64,000 nt of DNA from NCBI GenBank assembly GCA_018436705.1, contig JAHDLA010000010.1:8075-72074 (forward strand). Reading direction: 5' to 3'. Below the pieces are notes generated by a model. It saw nothing but the letters and a program-made list of their open reading frames with translations. It was not told where the DNA came from and made no database searches. This DNA comes from Sedimentibacter sp. (GTDB lineage: Bacteria > Bacillota > Clostridia > Tissierellales > Sedimentibacteraceae). Positions 10,139 through 19,845 of this stretch are shown here, piece by piece (the stretch's first letter is position 1; each line of letters begins with the position of its first letter). The translations under genes were made by a program, and so were the position numbers.

Positions 10139-10376
10139 AGTTGGAGTGCTCCCTTTTTTCTTTGTATTATACCAAAAAAATATTTTAAGATAAATAATTT
10201 TTTTTTTGTTTTTTTCCAATTTATTCTTCTTGTATTTCAAATGTAATTTATACCAATATTTGTTATATTTTAAATTTTTAAACAATACAGAAAAAATTTG
10301 TTCAAATAAGCAAATATTCATGATATTATATATAAGTATCATTGTGTGTTATAGAATAATTTATGAGGAGGATAAA

Positions 10377-11393
10377 TTGTTGAAGCATCCAGATATTCAC
10401 TTACGATTATATCGAGCAATTTTGGCAGCAGGAGCCGCATTTTCTGTTATAAGCATTGTCGGCAATTACATTTCTGCCTTTCCTCTTGCTATAAGTGCTA
10501 AATGGATTTTTCTCTTTTTTATTACAGTTCTTGCATTTGTTTTTTCTTATAATGAAAAATATACTTACAACATAATGTTTGGAGTATTTATATTTGCAGT
10601 TTGTATTTTTTTACCCTTTGCATTTATTGATTCCGGAGGAAGCAATAATAATGCCTTGGGATATACTTTTTTCCTCCTCATTGCAATTACATATTTATTT
10701 AAAGGACTAAGGAGGACATTTCTGGTTGTATCACTTGTCTGCATATTTGTTATAATGCATGTATTAGAATATTATTACCCTAACATTATAGCTGTTTATC
10801 ATCCACACACCCAGTTTGTGGATCGCATAATACAAGTTCCTATATTATTGCTGATATCTTATTTTATAATTCTTAGGTTTGCCAAGGAATACGAAAAGGT
10901 AAATAAACGTCTTGAGGCGTTTGCTAATCTTGACGAGCTTACAGGCCTTTACAACCGAAGAATGTTTAACATTACAATGGAAGAAACCGTTAAAAATAAC
11001 AAAAATACTGCAGTTTTGGCTTTTATGGATCTAGATAATTTTAAATTGATTAATGATAATTTTGGACATCATGTAGGGGATGAAGTACTTAAAGAGCTGT
11101 CATCACTATTGCAAAAAACTTTTGGTAATGACAGACATATTGTAAGCCGATGGGGTGGAGATGAATTTGCTGTTATTTATTATGGAGATAAAATTGAACT
11201 TTCTGATAAAATCGAAAAAATCAGCAGTTTATTCAAAGAGTATGTATCCTCCTATGAAGAAACGGCCGGAATAAGCACAAGTATTGTTTCCATAGGAGAT
11301 TATGATAAAATATCACAAGCATTATCCGATGCCGATAATGCTTTGTATAAGAAAAAGCTTAAAAAGCAACAAAATAGAACGAAACTATCTTAA
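10377..11393 (+). CDS. Membrane-bound diguanylate cyclase (GGDEF)
   Basis: TM region followed by 'DELTGLYNRR', 'DLDNFKLINDNFGHHVGD', 'RWGGDEF'; TTG 10377 after GAGGAGG; no RxxD I-site. Confidence 0.9.
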   Translation: MLKHPDIHLRLYRAILAAGAAFSVISIVGNYISAFPLAISAKWIFLFFITVLAFVFSYNEKYTYNIMFGVFIFAVCIFLPFAFIDSGGSNNNALGYTFFLLIAITYLFKGLRRTFLVVSLVCIFVIMHVLEYYYPNIIAVYHPHTQFVDRIIQVPILLLISYFIILRFAKEYEKVNKRLEAFANLDELTGLYNRRMFNITMEETVKNNKNTAVLAFMDLDNFKLINDNFGHHVGDEVLKELSSLLQKTFGNDRHIVSRWGGDEFAVIYYGDKIELSDKIEKISSLFKEYVSSYEETAGISTSIVSIGDYDKISQALSDADNALYKKKLKKQQNRTKLS

Positions 11394-11546
11394 CACATAA
11401 AGTACACAGCAAATAAAAAACACTAAATATTAGTATATGATACAAAAATTAAGGCGGCCTGTAAAGGGATGTCTTTTTTATACATTTGAAACAAATTTAA
11501 TGTTTAAACACTTAGTTCATTTTATAATTTAACTCTGGAGGTCGCA

Positions 11547-12911
11547 ATGCGGACTAGTTTTAGAAACAAAGATTTTTTTAAAATGATGATATCTATAGCA
11601 TTACCGATTACGCTGCAGAATTTAGTAGCTTCATCTGTAAATATGCTTGATACACTTATGATTACAAGCCTTGGTAAGGAAAGTCTTGCCGCTGTCGGGC
11701 TTGCTAACCAGGTTTTCTTTTTTTATGCCGTTACAATATTCGGCGTAGCTACAGGCTCCTCAATATTTATTGCACAATTCTGGGGAAAAAAGGACACTAA
11801 AAACATAGCAAGAATTTTAGGAATATCCTTGACCATAGTAGTCGTTCTGGGAACTGTGTTTACTTTAGCTGCCTTAATTGTGCCTGAATTTATAATGAAA
11901 ATTTTCAGCAATGATAAAGAAGTTATAAGATTGGGAGTGGATTATTTAAGGATCGTATCGCTAAGCTACATTATCACTGGCATCAGTTTTGCGTATGCTG
12001 TTGCTTCCAGAAGCATAGGTCAAGCAAAAATGCCTATGGCAGTAAGCATGGTTTCCTTCGTAACCAATGCTTTGTTTAACTATTTGCTTATTTTTGGCAA
12101 GTTTGGCTTTCCTCAGCTTGGAATCAAAGGTGCTGCATACGGCACATTAATAGCTAGGACTTTGGAAATAATCCTTATACTCTACTCCATCTATTCAAGC
12201 AAAAAAAGCCCTCTTGCTCACAGCTTCAGTGATATGACCGACTGGACAGCAATTTTCGTCAAAAAATATTTTAAAACAGCCTATCCTGTTATTTTAAACG
12301 AAGCATTCTGGTCATTAGGTACGGTGCTTTATTCTATAGCTTATGCAAAGATAGGTACTGAGGCTGCTGCTGCCGTTCAGATTCTAAATACAGTTCAGAA
12401 TATATTTATGGTAATGAGCAGAGGTTTGGCCAACTCGTGTACAGTTATGGTGGGAAATAAAATCGGAGCAGATGAAGAAGAAAAAGCTGTTGAATACGCA
12501 AACAGCTTTATGATATTGTCAGCAGCACTTGGCCTCACTTTGGGAATATTACTATTTTTCACAACAGATGTAATACTTATTTTTTTCAGGAATCTGACGC
12601 CTGGTTTGCATGATGCTTCAAAAAAACTATTAATTGTTTCAGCTGCATTTTTCCTTATAAAATCATTTAACGGAACAATGATTGTCGGTGTGCTTAGGGG
12701 CGGCGGCGATACCAAATTTTCAATGATTCTTGAAATGGGCTCGGTCTGGCTTGTAGGCGTTCCGCTTGCTTTTCTTGGCGCATTGGTATTCAAGTTTCCA
12801 GTATATTATGTCTCCCTGATGGTCAACATGGAGGAAGTTGTAAAAGCATCTATAGGAATATTTAGGGTAAAATCAAAAAAATGGGTGACAAACGTAGTTA
12901 AAGATATGTAA
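11547..12911 (+). CDS. MATE family efflux transporter
   Basis: 12-TM pattern; 'NYLLIFGKFGFPQLGIKGAAYGT', 'LRGGGDTKF'. Confidence 0.95.
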   Translation: MRTSFRNKDFFKMMISIALPITLQNLVASSVNMLDTLMITSLGKESLAAVGLANQVFFFYAVTIFGVATGSSIFIAQFWGKKDTKNIARILGISLTIVVVLGTVFTLAALIVPEFIMKIFSNDKEVIRLGVDYLRIVSLSYIITGISFAYAVASRSIGQAKMPMAVSMVSFVTNALFNYLLIFGKFGFPQLGIKGAAYGTLIARTLEIILILYSIYSSKKSPLAHSFSDMTDWTAIFVKKYFKTAYPVILNEAFWSLGTVLYSIAYAKIGTEAAAAVQILNTVQNIFMVMSRGLANSCTVMVGNKIGADEEEKAVEYANSFMILSAALGLTLGILLFFTTDVILIFFRNLTPGLHDASKKLLIVSAAFFLIKSFNGTMIVGVLRGGGDTKFSMILEMGSVWLVGVPLAFLGALVFKFPVYYVSLMVNMEEVVKASIGIFRVKSKKWVTNVVKDM

Positions 12912-13011
12912 AATTAGTTAATAAAATAGTATAATCCTTGTTTTAAATATTTTTGCGCAAATAATGTTAAAGCTTTTTGTGCTTTTTATAACCATTGATT
13001 AAGGAGGGCAT

Positions 13012-14376
13012 ATGAATATTAAAAACATAGTAGAACACCAAAAAATGTTTTTCATGACAGGTGCTACACGTCCTGTAAATTTCCGAACAAACGCACTGTT
13101 AAAACTCAAAAAATCCATAAAAAGAAACGAAAAACTAATTGAATCCGCCTTGAAATCAGACTTAAACAAAACACCTTTTGAAACATATATGACAGAAATC
13201 GGTATTGTAATGGAAGAAATCAATTTTCATTTAAAGCGTATAAACTCATGGATGAAAAACAGAAAAGTCCGAACACCGCTTGCACAGTTTCATTCAAAAA
13301 GCTTCATATCACCAGAGCCCTATGGAGTAGTTCTCATTATGTCTCCATGGAATTACCCGCTTCAGCTATGTCTTGAGCCGCTTATCGGAACAATTTCCGC
13401 AGGAAATTGCGCGGTGATTAAGCCTTCGGCATACGCTCCTGAAACCAGCAGCGTAATTAATAAAATAATAAGTGAAACATTCCCACCGGAATATATAACA
13501 GTAGTAGAGGGAGGCAGAGAGCAAAACAAATCGCTGCTGAAAGAAAAATTTGACTACATATTCTTTACAGGCAGTGTAAGTGTGGGAAAAATTGTAATGA
13601 AAGCCGCAGCAGAAAACCTGACTCCCATAACCCTTGAACTGGGCGGTAAAAGCCCGGCTATAGTCGCAGAAGACTCAAATATAAAAATTGCCGCAAGGCG
13701 TATTGCATTTGGAAAAGTTTTGAATTCCGGTCAAACCTGTGTTGCACCCGACTACCTGTTAGTTCACAAAAATATTGAAAGACAATTTCTGGAGGAATAT
13801 AAAAAAGCAATATATGAATTTTTCCCCGACAACGATTATTCCAATATGCCTGTTATCATAAACAATAAGCATTTTAAAAGGCTCACTGGTCTAATGAACG
13901 GAGAAACGGTATACATGGGAGGAGCCAGGGATGAAAAAAAACTATTTATAGAACCTGCGGTAGTTACGGATGTAAAACCAGATTCCCCTATAATGCAGGA
14001 AGAAATATTCGGACCCATACTTCCGGTAATTACTTATTCAAATATACATGAATGCATAGGTTTTATATCATCACGCCCAAAACCGTTGGCTTTATACCTC
14101 TTTACCGAAAGCAAAGAAACAGAAAAAACAATACTCAACAGCTGCTCCTTCGGCGGAGGGTGTATAAACGATACAGTAATACATACAGCATCTACCTATT
14201 TAGGATTTGGAGGTGTCGGTAATTCAGGCATTGGAAGCTATCACGGAAAGCTCAGCTTTGATACATTCACCCACTACAGAAGCATCGTTAAAAAATACTC
14301 ATGGCTGGATATTCCCATAAGATATCATCCTTATAAAGAAAAAAATTATAAACTGATACGTTCTCTGATGAAGTAA
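13012..14376 (+). CDS. Aldehyde dehydrogenase (ALDH3/YwdH-like)
   Basis: 'SPWNYP', 'FTGS', 'LELGGKSP', catalytic 'GQTCVAPDY', 'EEIFGP'. Confidence 0.95.
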   Translation: MNIKNIVEHQKMFFMTGATRPVNFRTNALLKLKKSIKRNEKLIESALKSDLNKTPFETYMTEIGIVMEEINFHLKRINSWMKNRKVRTPLAQFHSKSFISPEPYGVVLIMSPWNYPLQLCLEPLIGTISAGNCAVIKPSAYAPETSSVINKIISETFPPEYITVVEGGREQNKSLLKEKFDYIFFTGSVSVGKIVMKAAAENLTPITLELGGKSPAIVAEDSNIKIAARRIAFGKVLNSGQTCVAPDYLLVHKNIERQFLEEYKKAIYEFFPDNDYSNMPVIINNKHFKRLTGLMNGETVYMGGARDEKKLFIEPAVVTDVKPDSPIMQEEIFGPILPVITYSNIHECIGFISSRPKPLALYLFTESKETEKTILNSCSFGGGCINDTVIHTASTYLGFGGVGNSGIGSYHGKLSFDTFTHYRSIVKKYSWLDIPIRYHPYKEKNYKLIRSLMK

Positions 14377-14490
14377 TACATTTGCTAATTTATAACAATT
14401 TATTATATAAGTATTGTAAAGTATAACGAATTATTATATAATATCTCTATAGATATAAATTTAACAATATTATTATTAGGAGAGAATTAT

Positions 14491-15150
14491 ATGATAGACG
14501 ACAAAAAAATTTCTAGAAAGAACTTTATCAAAGAAATGGGATATACTGCTGCAGGCATAGTTGCTGCAGGTTCGTTGGGAGGTCTGCTTACCGGATGTTC
14601 AACATCTGCACCGGCAGCAGATGTTGATACTTCACAAGCTCCTCAGCATCCATTTCCTTACAAAAAACTTGATCCTTCTGTAGCAGAAGCGCGAGCTTAT
14701 CAGGGATATAAAGAAAAAGGCGGCTGAGGCGCAGGTGTGGCCGAAGGGTTCTTCGGCGTATTATCTGAAGAAGTAGGATATCCTTTTAATCAAATTCCTG
14801 TTTTGACATTTGCAAATTACAGTGCAGGATTCCAGCAGTCATCATTATGCGGTTCTCTGGGAGCTGCAGCAGCTTGTATAGGAACTGTATGTGAACCTGA
14901 TATGGCAAAAAAGGTTATTGGAGAACTTGAAAATTGGTACAAGGATGCCGTTTTGCCGATGTATCAGCCTGAAAATCTTAATCTTCCAACAACAGTTGCT
15001 AATTCACTTTTATGCAAAGACTCTGTAGGCCTGTTCATGGAAGAATCAGGATACGAATACGGTTCTCCTGAAAGAAAAGCCCGCTGTGCAGGTGTTGCAG
15101 CAGATACTACTAAAAAAATGGTTGAACTTCTGAATGAAGCGTTAGCATAG
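14491..15150 (+). CDS. C-GCAxxG-C-C / split-Soret-cytochrome-c-like Tat lipoprotein, predicted selenoprotein (UGA at codon 79; 219 aa)
   Basis: ORFs 14491-14727 and 14737-15150 share a frame, separated by a single TGA in YKEKGG-U-GAGVAEG. Tat-like SRKNFIK, lipobox LTGC, later LCG...C...RC motifs, and a hairpin 12 nt after the UGA. Confidence 0.85.
14740..14757 (+). promoter_or_regulatory. Candidate bacterial SECIS element
   Basis: Perfect 7-bp hairpin GCCGAAG-GGTT-CTTCGGC, 12 nt downstream of the in-frame UGA, with a G-led apical loop. Confidence 0.75.
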
Positions 15151-15219
15151 AAGTTAAATTTTAAAAAATGATGCGTTATAATTTATAACTGCGTCATTTT
15201 TTATATTCAATTGAAAATT

Positions 15220-17961
15220 TTACGGATTATTAACTACAACATCTTCTGCTAAACCATACTTTACCTTTATTCTGTCCAGTTTTTCCAACATTGCTTCTCC
15301 CATGAGAATCATAAACAAAAAAGTAGCCGAAGCATGTACAAGATTAACCGGTACACCCATAACCATGTATGTAGCTATAACAGACAAAGTTATTTTCCTT
15401 TGCCACATTATTGCCGATGCAGGGTCCATAATTCCTCCATACACAACAAACACTGCTACAAAGCCAAATATGGCCATTGATATGCGGTCTCTTCGCAAAA
15501 ATCCTTTTTTGAACAGCACTCCCGCAAGAAATCCTATTATGCCCATTGCAAACATCTGCCATGGTGTCCATGGCCCCTGACCAAACATAATGTTTGACAA
15601 AAGCATGGTCATTGCTCCAACCATAAAACCACCTTCACCTCCGAAAGCAATACCGGCTATTATTACCACCGCCGCCACAGGTTTAAAGTGAGGAAGCATA
15701 AAAAATGCAGCTCTTCCTGCCATTCCTATAGCACATAAAACAGCAATTACAACCAGCTCTCTTGCCTGTGGATTTCGTCCTTCAAATATCATGGCAAAGG
15801 GAATCATTGTTTGAAGTACTATCATAAGAGATATAAAATAATATTTTTTGTCTTCAAGATAGTAAACCCCAATAAAAATAGTCAGGGGTATAAACAAAAG
15901 CATAAGGATTGCAGATACTGTAGTTCTCTTTGAAAGTTTTCTTTTGTCCTTTGCCACCTGCAATATACTTTCAGGCAGGGGACTTGCTCTTTGAAAAACC
16001 GAAAGAAAAAAAGCCGCAATTGATACTATGAATACAGCTGCAAGCAAGCTGGATTTCCATCCATATAGATATGCTGAATTTTCAGATACATTTCCCTTTA
16101 GAGCAGACCAGGCCAAATCCGATATAACAGGATATGCTTTTTGTCCGGAAATAATCATAACTATCAATGAAGCAATCGAAACTATATATCTGCCAATACA
16201 TTTATTTTTTTCTTTAGCATTATTTATTTCACCAATTTCTTCATGGTGCATGTAATCATAACCATCATCACTAAATTCATAATCATCTTTTGATACATTT
16301 CCTCCGCAGGCTCTAACTACATCCTCCACAGTCACTGCTGCCGGCAGTAAATGTCTTGCCATGCGATTTGCTGCAGTTGTATAAAAACTGTTTCCTGAAA
16401 AAAATCTCTCCGGAGTTCCCTCTGTAACTATACTTCCGTCAAAAAAGAGCGCACATCTGCTGGCATATGAGGCGCAGAACTCAATATCGTGACTCACCAT
16501 TACAACAGCTGTTCCTTCTTTTAAAAGCCCGTAAATAATTGAAGCAAAAACACGCTTAAACTCTGCATCCATACCCTTTGTAGGTTCATCTAGAAGCAAT
16601 AAATCAGGCTCAGTTAAAAGAACTTTTGCAAGAGCTGCTCTTTGCTGCTCTCCTCCTGACAGATCATATGGGTGTCTGTTAAGTAAATCCGTAAGCTGAC
16701 ACATTCGTGATACACGCATAACACGTCTTTTACATTCATCCTTTGACAGTTTTCTTCCTTTGAACATTTCATACAAATCAAGTTCCACGGTTTTTTTCAC
16801 AAACAGTGATTGTGGATTTTGAGGCAGAACTCCCAACATACCGTTAAATTTCTCACTGTTAGAAATATCTTTATAGTCTCTTCCGAAAATTTTAACCGTT
16901 CCTCTGTAAGGTTTATTAAGTCCTGACAGCAGTGAAAGAGTTGTTGTTTTACCGGTTCCGTTCCCCCCCATTATTGCCAGAAGCTCTCCCTTATAAACAG
17001 TAAGAGAAGCACCTTTTACAACATCAGGCAAATCTTTTTCATATTTAAACCAAGCATCTATTATTTCTGCCGCAGGCTCTTCACCTTGTGAACAACTTTT
17101 TTTTTCACAAAAATCATTGTTCAATGGCTTATCCCTACTGTAAGAATCAAGCCACTGACGTCCTTCTCTAACCGTTACTGGACAGCTTAACTTGTTTGGA
17201 ACCCCAGCATATATGCGCATGGGAACTGGCATGGCTAAAAACATTTTGTTGTTTTCTCTTCCAAGAAGCTGTCCAACCTCTCCCGGTTCGCCGTCAGCTA
17301 TTATTTTTCCATTGTCCATAACAATAGCTCTGTCCGCAAGTGGCAGAGCTTCATCCAACCTGTGTTCCGTAAGAATAATTGTAGTCCCAAGCTCTCTGTT
17401 TATTTTTGCAACAGTAGCAAGGAAATCCGATGCAGCAATGGGATCCAACTGACTTGTTGGCTCGTCCAATATAAGAACTGAAGGCTGCATGGCCATAATT
17501 GCCGCAAGATTTAAAAGCTGTTTTTGGCCTCCCGAAAGCTCCGTAACATTTTTATAAAACCAGTTTTGAATTCCAAAAAAAGAAGCCATTTCAGCAACTC
17601 GAAGACGAATGGACGGAGTGTCCATCCCAAGGCTTTCAAGCCCGAAAGCTAACTCATGCCAGACTTTATCTGTTACTATTTGATTTTCAGGGCTTTGCAG
17701 AACAAATCCTATTCGTGATGACTGATTGCGCTGATCAAGTTTATCAATAGGAATTCCTTCGAATAATATTTCGCCCTTTTTTTGTCCGTGAGGTGCCAGC
17801 ACAGATTTCAACTGTCTGAGCAATGTGGTTTTACCGCATCCAGAAGGTCCGCACAGCACTACAAACTGCCCTTTTTCAACATTTATAGAAATATCATCAA
17901 GAACAATTCTCTCCTGTTCAGGATATGCAAAGGTTAAATTTTTAATTGAGTAGCTTTCCAT
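15220..17961 (-). CDS. ECF transporter: tandem ATPase fused to a CbrT-like S component
   Basis: Two ABC domains (GPSGCGKT/LSGGQ/DEPT; GGNGTGKT/LSGGE/DEPT) followed by 'KPVAAVVIIAG...GQGPWTPWQM' S component. Confidence 0.9.
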   Translation of the reverse strand: MESYSIKNLTFAYPEQERIVLDDISINVEKGQFVVLCGPSGCGKTTLLRQLKSVLAPHGQKKGEILFEGIPIDKLDQRNQSSRIGFVLQSPENQIVTDKVWHELAFGLESLGMDTPSIRLRVAEMASFFGIQNWFYKNVTELSGGQKQLLNLAAIMAMQPSVLILDEPTSQLDPIAASDFLATVAKINRELGTTIILTEHRLDEALPLADRAIVMDNGKIIADGEPGEVGQLLGRENNKMFLAMPVPMRIYAGVPNKLSCPVTVREGRQWLDSYSRDKPLNNDFCEKKSCSQGEEPAAEIIDAWFKYEKDLPDVVKGASLTVYKGELLAIMGGNGTGKTTTLSLLSGLNKPYRGTVKIFGRDYKDISNSEKFNGMLGVLPQNPQSLFVKKTVELDLYEMFKGRKLSKDECKRRVMRVSRMCQLTDLLNRHPYDLSGGEQQRAALAKVLLTEPDLLLLDEPTKGMDAEFKRVFASIIYGLLKEGTAVVMVSHDIEFCASYASRCALFFDGSIVTEGTPERFFSGNSFYTTAANRMARHLLPAAVTVEDVVRACGGNVSKDDYEFSDDGYDYMHHEEIGEINNAKEKNKCIGRYIVSIASLIVMIISGQKAYPVISDLAWSALKGNVSENSAYLYGWKSSLLAAVFIVSIAAFFLSVFQRASPLPESILQVAKDKRKLSKRTTVSAILMLLFIPLTIFIGVYYLEDKKYYFISLMIVLQTMIPFAMIFEGRNPQARELVVIAVLCAIGMAGRAAFFMLPHFKPVAAVVIIAGIAFGGEGGFMVGAMTMLLSNIMFGQGPWTPWQMFAMGIIGFLAGVLFKKGFLRRDRISMAIFGFVAVFVVYGGIMDPASAIMWQRKITLSVIATYMVMGVPVNLVHASATFLFMILMGEAMLEKLDRIKVKYGLAEDVVVNNP

Positions 17962-18860
17962 TGCTGTTCTTCCTTTCTGTCAGTTATTACCGGTATCATG
18001 CAAAGTCCGGCATATGCCATATATAGTGTAATCGTATAAAGCTCCGTTAATTTTCCTTTCATAGTTGGATAATATCTCCACTTAAGACCGTTTAATACTA
18101 TGCCTAACAGTATGTACCCTCCAGTAATAAGTATTGCCGTCATCGCTGCTTTATCTCTTTTGTCAAATTTGTAAATTGAAAAAGCAGTTCTCCCGGGAAG
18201 TCCATATCCCCTGCTTTTCATGCTGTCTGCCGTTTCAATAGCATTTTCTAAAGCCCATGTAACAACTATGGACAATATGGTTATACCATGACGCATTCTT
18301 GTTATTATTCCTCCGTTTGAAACATCTCTGCCTATACATCTCTGAGCATCAGAAACCATCTTTATGTGATTTTTAAATTTAGGAACAAATCTCAAAGCCA
18401 TAGAAAGTATCAAAGACATTGCAGGAATTATTCTACCGAACAAATATACAAATTTATCCGATGTCATAACATAGTTGTAACATGTAAACCATGTTACTAC
18501 GGCAGCCAGCATTGTTGCTGCCGCTATTCCGTAGATAATGGATTCAAGTGTAAGAGGATTACCCGTGTTAAGATACATAATTATTGTAGCGCCCTCATGA
18601 TTAAATGCAGGATTTATAACTGCGGTAATAATTATCATAGGTAAAAGAAAGGCGAAATTAAATATTACCGCCTTTCTGCCTTTTACCCATATTGAATAAA
18701 TAAATGAACACACCAATGAAATAAAAAGACACACAGGATGCATTAAAAACATTGTAAAAACAAACACAAAGAAAAAATAAGAAAAATTAACAAAGGGATG
18801 ATAGCGTGAAAATGCATCTTTTGAGCTATTCTTCTCCAATTGCATAGAATCCTCCAACAT
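17934..18860 (-). CDS. ECF transporter T component
   Basis: 'LSMALRFVP', 'ADSMKSRGYG' coupling-helix motifs. Confidence 0.9.
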   Translation of the reverse strand: MLEDSMQLEKNSSKDAFSRYHPFVNFSYFFFVFVFTMFLMHPVCLFISLVCSFIYSIWVKGRKAVIFNFAFLLPMIIITAVINPAFNHEGATIIMYLNTGNPLTLESIIYGIAAATMLAAVVTWFTCYNYVMTSDKFVYLFGRIIPAMSLILSMALRFVPKFKNHIKMVSDAQRCIGRDVSNGGIITRMRHGITILSIVVTWALENAIETADSMKSRGYGLPGRTAFSIYKFDKRDKAAMTAILITGGYILLGIVLNGLKWRYYPTMKGKLTELYTITLYMAYAGLCMIPVITDRKEEQQWKATQLKI

Positions 18861-19824
18861 CTACACCAAGATCACAGGTATAAACCCACTCCACAACATC
18901 ACCTTCCAACAGCTGGTAACGTGAACATCCATAATTGGGAAACCAATCGTTAACCTTGTACATCCAACCCGATAATTCTCCGCAGTCAAATTCATAAAGA
19001 TTGTTTATGCCTTCAATGTAAACAGAATTATATATGGGTGTATTTTCAAATTCCATATGTATTTTTGCTTTTTTCATTTCTCTTTGCAATACATTGAATA
19101 CGCTCTCACCTTCGTAAAAAGTAACTTCCTGAGCGGCAAAAATAACACCGTCTTCGGGAACAAGCTCAACTTTTTCAGGATCAAGCCAATCTATGTTGTT
19201 GAGTATTGTATCGCAACGAACAGAAAGTATACATGTATGTTCAACATCGGATATTTCAATATCCTGAGGTTCCACAGGAATGGGCTTTCCTTCCGGAACC
19301 GGATCTGTTAGATATTTATCCTTGCCTGTTTTTTCATCAATTACCATCCCAAGGGTTTCGGAATAAGTCTTAGAACCTTTTTCAACTCCCGGCGAAGACT
19401 CTGCTCCTGCAAGCTCCTTGGCAAGTGCAATTTTTTCAGTCGCACTTAATACTTCTTCTCCTCCCGGTCTTGAATCCAAAGGACTTTCTTCCTTTACAGG
19501 TTCATCCTTAGTCTCATCTGTAATTTCTTTGCTGTCTTTATTTTCAGCTTCACCATTTAACACTTCATCATCCGATAATTCTTTGTCTGTCAATTGTTCA
19601 TCAGTATTTTCTTTAATATTAACTTCACTTTCCAGCTCAATAAGATTATCCGATTCTTTATTTTTTTCATCTGGAACTGTATTTTCTGCCGTTTCTACAG
19701 AAGCCGTATCAGACGAAATCTTCCACCCCTGCAATCCCGGAGCGCCTCCTCCATACCAAAATGAAGCAGCAAGCAGAGCTACTACAACAATCGCCCAAAT
19801 TACTTTATTTTTTGTAATCTTCAT
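18826..19824 (-). CDS. Membrane-anchored DUF4430 (transcobalamin beta-domain-like) protein
   Basis: N-terminal TM, acidic linker, then 'SVFNVL...YIEGINNLYEFDCGELSGWMYKVN...L.EGDVVEWVYT'. Confidence 0.85.
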   Translation of the reverse strand: MKITKNKVIWAIVVVALLAASFWYGGGAPGLQGWKISSDTASVETAENTVPDEKNKESDNLIELESEVNIKENTDEQLTDKELSDDEVLNGEAENKDSKEITDETKDEPVKEESPLDSRPGGEEVLSATEKIALAKELAGAESSPGVEKGSKTYSETLGMVIDEKTGKDKYLTDPVPEGKPIPVEPQDIEISDVEHTCILSVRCDTILNNIDWLDPEKVELVPEDGVIFAAQEVTFYEGESVFNVLQREMKKAKIHMEFENTPIYNSVYIEGINNLYEFDCGELSGWMYKVNDWFPNYGCSRYQLLEGDVVEWVYTCDLGVDVGGFYAIGEE

Positions 19825-19845
19825 TTATATACTCCTTAAATCATG

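Noticed and set aside
10139-10376. Overlapping N-terminal extensions of the DUF1576 and GGDEF ORFs
   Set aside because: AT-rich divergent promoter region; RBS-supported starts are 10138 and 10377.
14491-15150. Two separate genes or a nonsense pseudogene
   Set aside because: Same frame, a single UGA at a Cys-type position and a SECIS-like hairpin favour selenocysteine read-through.
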